In this document: piece after piece, positions 36,923-38,925 of the stretch
How positions within the stretch are numbered: the stretch's first letter is position 1
Layout of the letters: each line of letters opens with the position of its first letter
NCBI RefSeq assembly: GCF_001194135.2
Contig: NC_068981.1
Coordinates: 91,870,165 to 91,909,089, forward strand
DNA from: Octopus bimaculoides
Taxonomy: Eukaryota
Length of the DNA: 38,925 nt
Direction: 5' to 3'
The notes under the pieces: generated by a model
The model's input: only the letters and a program-made list of their open reading frames with translations
What the model was told of the DNA's origin: nothing
Databases searched by the model: none
Translations under genes and position numbers: made by a program

Positions 36923-38925
36923 ATTATTATCATTATTATTATTGATATATATATGTGTGTGTGTATGTGTGTGTATACACATAAGTCACATAATATATAT
37001 GTCTGCCTGTATATGTCACCAGCACTGGCTTTTCGTACGAAGTTTTAAGATGAAAAATGGCCATATACTTTGGACATTGTATTTATAAGTGAATGCTGTT
37101 GAGAATGAAAATCATATGTAAACTTGGCGTCCACGGGTAATTTATATAACTATGACAGTTGGTTACCAGACGGAAATATAATCTAATGAATTAAATTTTT
37201 CTTTATGATAATTGTGACTTGAAGACTATATATTTTCCACTTAGTATAGTATTATACATACAAGCATACATACAGCGACATTCAGTTACATATATATATA
37301 TAAATAGTTTCGTTTAATAAATTTCTCATACGTATATAAAGGCATCGTTCTGTCAAGAATTATTAAATATTTCATATATTTATTTATTTCGTAGCAAAAC
37401 TGGTTTTCTAATGTTTTATATATTTTCTGAATAGAAACCGGTCTCTTACTATACATTTCACAAGTAAAATACTGAGCTATAATAATTTATCACTTGAATT
37501 TTTCCATGCAATATCGCCGACTACCTTGTTGCATTAACTGCTTCAGTTATATTATTTTTCAGAGAGACATCTGAAATCAACTTATCCTCAACTCGACGTT
37601 CTTTGCAGATTTCTCTGATGGAGCACATTTATGATTTAGGTTGACCCAGCGTAGGCAGTACTGTCTTTTTCTATATCAAGAACTACATTATCCAGTGTCT
37701 CTCTCACCGTCTGTCTCTCTCTCTGTCTCTCTTCCCCTCTTTCTCTCTTTTTCTCTTTCAAAGGAGTCTAGTGTGACATGAAGGAAATTTAATAATATAG
37801 TATGGAATGATATAAATTTTTCGAAATAAGATATACGAAACTCTCTATAACAAGTTCTTTAATGCTAAATTACACTTTCCTGATACCAACTCATTTGCCC
37901 TCTTTCGTTTATCTGATTCTAAAATCAATGCAAAATACAAAAAGACATGAAGAATTTAAGTTCACTGACAAATCTGATGACCCAAACTCTACTAACCATT
38001 TGTACTTATTTATTTGACGTTGTTGGATCACTGGAGGAAAAATTTCTGGGAATCACTTGTCGCGAGATATAAGTATTACAACTTACAGAAAGGGAAACTA
38101 CAATAAGAAATTGCAGTCTCAAAAAGTTAAGCACCGACGAAATTTCTGCTGTCGGATAGAGGTTTATTCTATCTAGGTATCAGAATAATGTTGTCTTTCT
38201 GTTACCAGGGTTCACTTAGAGCAGATACGCAGGTAGTAGCCTGAATGACTACGCGTGGCCCCGAAGCTGATGATCACGTTATGCTGTACGTCTGCTTACT
38301 TGAAAAGTATAGAACTCTCTTAATGCAATGAATAAATTGTATAGAATTCAACACGACAGTCGGAATAAATGGGTAATTTTCACATATTGTATGTCGTCGT
38401 TGTTGTTGATGTTTTTGTTGTTGCTCAGTTAAGCTCAAATCCAACAGGCCTATGCATAAAAGGCATTCTAGTCACGGACCCGTCGTCGTTTTTCTTTATT
38501 TATTCTCTTCAGATAGAATGTATGCTGTCTGATGAACAAGTATTCAGACTGTTAATATAGTAACGCAACTAATCAAGATATCCATGGCCTGAAACGTACC
38601 TTGCAGTATACACCACGCGTGGATATTTACGACTTCTGAGGTTCCGGTGGGCATGAAACATATGTAGCCCGGATATTATCTATTCCATTCCTTAACTCTT
38701 CTATTCATATTCGCATACTCGGGAACCCTGTTTGCCTACCATGAAATATACAAAGAACATTTTTTCAAATTATCTTACTTCGATGAGATAAAATTTACAA
38801 CCTTCCGTCTCAATAAACCACTATTGTCTCTGAAAGTTGTTTTTCATATTTACTACGGATTGCTTGAAGCTAACTGTCTTCCTACACTTCGATCCTTGGA
38901 TCTCATATATATATATATATATATA

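Overview
AT-rich, microsatellite-dense animal genomic DNA with seven N gaps; the SINE families look cephalopod, most likely Octopus (recognition, not a database result). The only host gene I can support is the 3' end of a + strand class B1 (secretin-family) GPCR. It comprises the 42-nt TM7 exon (707-748, GIFVALLYCFFNGE), a 12.6-kb intron and the terminal coding exon (13339-13650, VQSVITKKWRRF...). The rest is a transposon graveyard: a decayed L1/Tx1-clade LINE in the intron, about 11 tRNA-derived SINE copies or fragments, a Chapaev3-like DNA transposon with TTA target duplications, and a possible ankyrin-repeat pseudogene. The most interesting signal is a set of at least eight hammerhead-ribozyme-like motifs, only one with a fully intact core. 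Two pairs sit back-to-back in inverted elements next to (TA)n tracts, pointing to Penelope-like or retrozyme-like non-autonomous retroelements. Almost all ORFs in the supplied track are microsatellite or gap artefacts.
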